This document shows positions 60,424 through 64,000 of a stretch of 64,000 nucleotides of DNA, one piece after another. The notes beneath the pieces were generated by a model that was given only the letters and a program-made list of their open reading frames with translations, was not told the origin of the DNA and made no database searches. Source of the DNA: Adineta vaga (lineage: Eukaryota; Animalia; Rotifera); assembly GCA_021613535.1 (NCBI GenBank), contig CP075497.1, positions 12,710,001 through 12,774,000 of the forward strand. Direction: 5' to 3'. Numbering within the stretch: position 1 is the first letter of the stretch; each line of letters starts with the position of its first letter. The translations under genes and the position numbers were made by a program.

Positions 60424-62448
60424 TCACGCATCAATTACATGACTTGTAACTACAGGTTTTTTGTCTTTCTTCCAATTTCTTCGTTTGTTTAATATAGCTT
60501 CATGAATATTTGGCCATTCGATTGCTAATTTTGCTGTTGTAAGTCGAAATTTGACTCTTACAGCTTCTAAATAAAAATAAGAGGAAAATATTGACCTCTG
60601 TAAAATATTATTTGAAAATTTCTTTAATTTTCTATTCAGAAACTTGTCTAAAAGGATATTCCGTATCATATATGACAAGTTGATACATTAAATTTACTAA
60701 AACCTTCAAAATGTCTGCTCAATTTCTCCTACGTATTATTCTTCTGTCTATCATGTTGAAGAATGACTGCAACGTACCTTTAATGAACAAGTAACTTGGA
60801 TGTGAGAGGAGTTCATTTTTCTTTGTCAAAGGATCAAGTTCAAGCAGTTCATCTTCAGAAAATAGTTCATCCACTAATTTCAACGCAAATAAGTTTTTTT
60901 TCATCGGATCACCATGAATATGTAAAGCATCAAAATTTGTTTCACCACCATCAGTTGAATACGGCTAAATTATAGAAATATCTGATAATCCAAGAAACAA
61001 GAAAAAATACCTTACCAACTCTGAAGGATATAAATTTCCATCATCATCTGTTCGAGCACCTTCCATAGGATTAATTTCTTCTTCAATATCAACATAAATC
61101 TACAATCAACAAAAATGTAGTGAGACATATCATTATGTTTATAAATACTTACTTTATTTTTCAATAAAACTTTCTTTATTTTTTTCTGATTTTCTAGAAT
61201 AAGTTTTTGTGTGGCTTCATGTCGTTGATGTTGTGTCAGCAATTGTTCAAACATTCGTCGATTATACTGACCATCAATTTCTCCTTGTTTTAATTTAATC
61301 AAAACCTTCTTTTGAAATGAAGATGAATATTCGTCACCATGTTTTTCATCATCATCTGATTCAACGTCAACATTCTCTTTGTTATTTTTCTTGCATCGTT
61401 TTGTTGAGATCGAAACTCCCTAAAACAAATGTGAAATCAATCGACTGTGTTCTGCGGCATCTATTACATTCAATAAGAATATACTAATCACACCTCAACT
61501 CTCTTTTCCTATAGAGAAAATTTGTGAACTATCTCTACAAAATTGAATAGTTTAAAAGCGATTCCCTACCAAACCTAACACTAACATTCCTTTCTCACCT
61601 CACATATGAAGAATATACATGAAAGCTGACAACTACCATTACTTATTGTGGCATTTGGGATAAAATAAAACTCATTCTATAATTTTTATCTTGCCAGAAC
61701 ATCAAACCATGAATATGTCGTCTGAATTAATATAGAATTTCATATTTTCTATATAAAATTGTATGTATTTATTTGAATTTTGTCGCGCTCAAGAAGTTTA
61801 GTTGGCTTACCGATGAAACTCCCTTGAAAGCTCGTTTAACACTTGGACTTAGTGCTGATGGTAGTAGAGGTACTGGTACTTCTTCATATTCATCGGATTC
61901 ATTATTTTTATCATCAGTAACAGTAATATCTGGTTGTTGGAAATCGAGTATATGTTTGTCCAACAAATCATTGAGATGATCCACTGAAAGAAAATAAATA
62001 TCAACGAAAAACAAAATATTGTATAGCTAGTTGAAATTTTTGTGAGAACTGAATGCAAATAAAACGAAATATTGTTACCTGATACAGACGACGACGATTG
62101 CAATGGTTTGTTGAGCTCATGTTTTGATTGAATAACACGATGACCTTCAAAAGAATACAGATACGCTAAATTAGAAGTATAAATATTACCTGCAGTTGAA
62201 TTTGATTGTTGTGATTGAACGATTGCCGTCGATGAACCTAAATATAAAAACTCATATGTCAGATGCTTTATTAAATTAGATAACACTGTACATACTATCA
62301 ACTGTTGAAGACGATTTTGTAACAGAAGATAATGATGAAGATTGACTTGCAGCAAGAAGACACGGAAACACACGACTAGCCATGTTAGTTGTAAAGAAAA
62401 TTTTCTTTTTGGTGGTGCTAACAGATGATGAAGACATGTTGACAAAAT
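60424..62448 (-). CDS. Transposon accessory protein, Ser-rich with coiled coil and C-terminal BEN-like domain (multi-exon)
   Basis: Spliced exons from ORFs 62276..62461, 61769..62014, 61012..61302, 60719..60904, 60424..60678; NLFALKLVDELFSEDELL...LDP...IK-AV..KF...EWPNIHEAILNKRRNWKK fits the BEN pattern. Confidence 0.6.
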
Positions 62449-62492
62449 CTGAAAAAGTCAAATGAGTTAAACTTTAGTTTCCATCAAAATAA

Positions 62493-64000
62493 TTAATCAT
62501 GTTCAAAATCATTTCGAATTTCTGTCAAGCAAAAGTAATCTTTAACTGGTATTGAAATGCATTTATGTCTTATTCTAGACATCGGAAGTATATCAAAGAC
62601 GTTAGTTTTTGTTTGCATAGAATATAAGCGATCAATTAATACAGGAATTTGACCAGTATCAGGATCACGAATCTTGAGAATTGACGATAGACGATTAGAT
62701 GGTGCAACTTCTTGATAATGTTTGACTAATACAAAATAATTACTATTAATTTCAATGAATATAATACAATCGCCATAAAGAATATGATCTTCAACATCAT
62801 GTTTATACGAAATGATGTGACTAACACATTTGAACGATTTATCATACAGCACAGAATGAAATGTAATAAATGGACGTTTAAATCGTTTGTAATATTTGAC
62901 CACGTGTGATCCGGAAAATGCCACAAGTTTCGAACGAAATTGATCAAGTAGAGAATTTCCGAGTAAAATCTCATCAACACCAGCTGATTCGTGAACAGGA
63001 ACTACTGATTGATCAATAATAGAAGCCATATCTGTCCAATAGCCGATCTGAGAAGCTAAATTACGTGTACCATGAGTTTTGTTTTTTGTGTAACGAATAC
63101 ATGACTCGAATGCAAATGCTGATGTAAACGACAATCCACCATGATGACGAACTTGCTCTGCCAAATGAAGATGCGCATGTAAACTATACAATTCTATTGT
63201 TGAACCATAAATGAGCGACGAAGATCGACAATAAAAATTGAGTAATTTTTCAGCTAAGTCAATTTCAGATTCATTTTCAGGCGCATGAAGAAGTTTAATT
63301 GCAGATGCATAAACCGCGAAATGAAAAAGAAATGAAGCAGGTATAATATCAATTAGAATTGGAAGACCAATATATAAAACAAATAAGCGGCCGTGTTTGG
63401 CTTTCCAATGAATCACTTCTTTTATAGAAAAGTCAAAACGAACCTTTATATCATGTGGTAAACGTTGAATTGACAATCGGCGATCAACTGATGTATCATC
63501 AAAAGTTTGTGGAAACGATTGCCACCGTTTAATAAGCATTTTAATGTGGTTCAAGCACACCAGATGCATGTAATCATATAAAACACATATTGGGTAGTAT
63601 AGAATTGAGAGTAGTGGTGAAAAGCCACGTACACCATTCACTAAAACTTCATTTTTTGTTCTTTCATTCTTCATACCAGCTAATTGAGCATCACGTAAGA
63701 ATTCATCATGTGTTCGTGGTTTATTATTATTATTTTGATCATATGGATACAGCATAGTACGAGAATGAAAGCTATACTGACCTAAAATTAAGTAAAACTA
63801 TTAGAGGCAATACTTAACGAAAGAGATTAACAAGAAAAAACTCTCAACAAATATAAACTTAAAATATAACCTTACCATGAGCCATACACCACGTACAAGC
63901 ATGATTTCCATTAAAATTGATTGTTTTAAAAAACAATGATTTTGCTGGTAGATCCGCAATAAAACCTTGAATTTGAATACAAAAATGATATTCTTGATTG
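62493..64000 (-). CDS. EnSpm/CACTA transposase (5' end outside window; intron 63782-63875)
   Basis: GFIADLPAK...FNGNHACTWC, YDYMHLVCL, WKAKHGRLFVLY, HAHLHLAEQVRHHGGLSFTSAFAFESC. Confidence 0.88.

Larger units (their letters stand above)
60004..64000 (-). mobile_element. EnSpm/CACTA (CMC) DNA transposon, 3' part; extends beyond window
   Basis: CCC terminus at 60004, clustered subterminal AACCGCCGGTT-type repeats 60016-60136, transposase and accessory gene on the minus strand. Confidence 0.85.

Overview
Eukaryotic, very AT-rich and gene-dense DNA with many short (about 45-80 bp) GT-AG introns. Ordinary metazoan genes are mixed with many bacterial- or fungal-type genes; this combination suggests a bdelloid rotifer, but that is inference only. 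Bases 729-15357 (minus strand) hold one giant secreted modular protein of about 3,800 aa within the window. It has a signal peptide, 16 related Cys-containing ~110-aa modules, T/A/P/K linkers, acidic poly-Ser patches and a 14-unit K/S/T/G/A/P repeat, and probably continues beyond the window start. Bases 16-30 kb carry mostly native genes: OATP/SLCO, an ABCH-like transporter, selenoprotein S (in-frame UGA plus a clear SECIS, missed by the ORF track), an aminergic GPCR with a solo LTR behind it, SLC25A26, SIRT5 and an orphan GPCR. Bases 30-57 kb are rich in foreign-looking genes: a Grg1-like hydrophilin, a substrate-binding-protein/methyltransferase fusion, a TerB-like protein, a fungal-type CRAL-TRIO protein, a LysP-type permease, a secreted LURP-one-like protein, and a convergent FAD monooxygenase / tRNA-Thr / type III polyketide synthase block that may be a small biosynthetic cluster. 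There is also a recent tandem duplication of a phospholipase B gene, several MITEs, and at the right end an EnSpm/CACTA transposon (transposase plus BEN-like accessory gene) nested in a MITE. All family calls come from motif recognition by eye; no searches were run.
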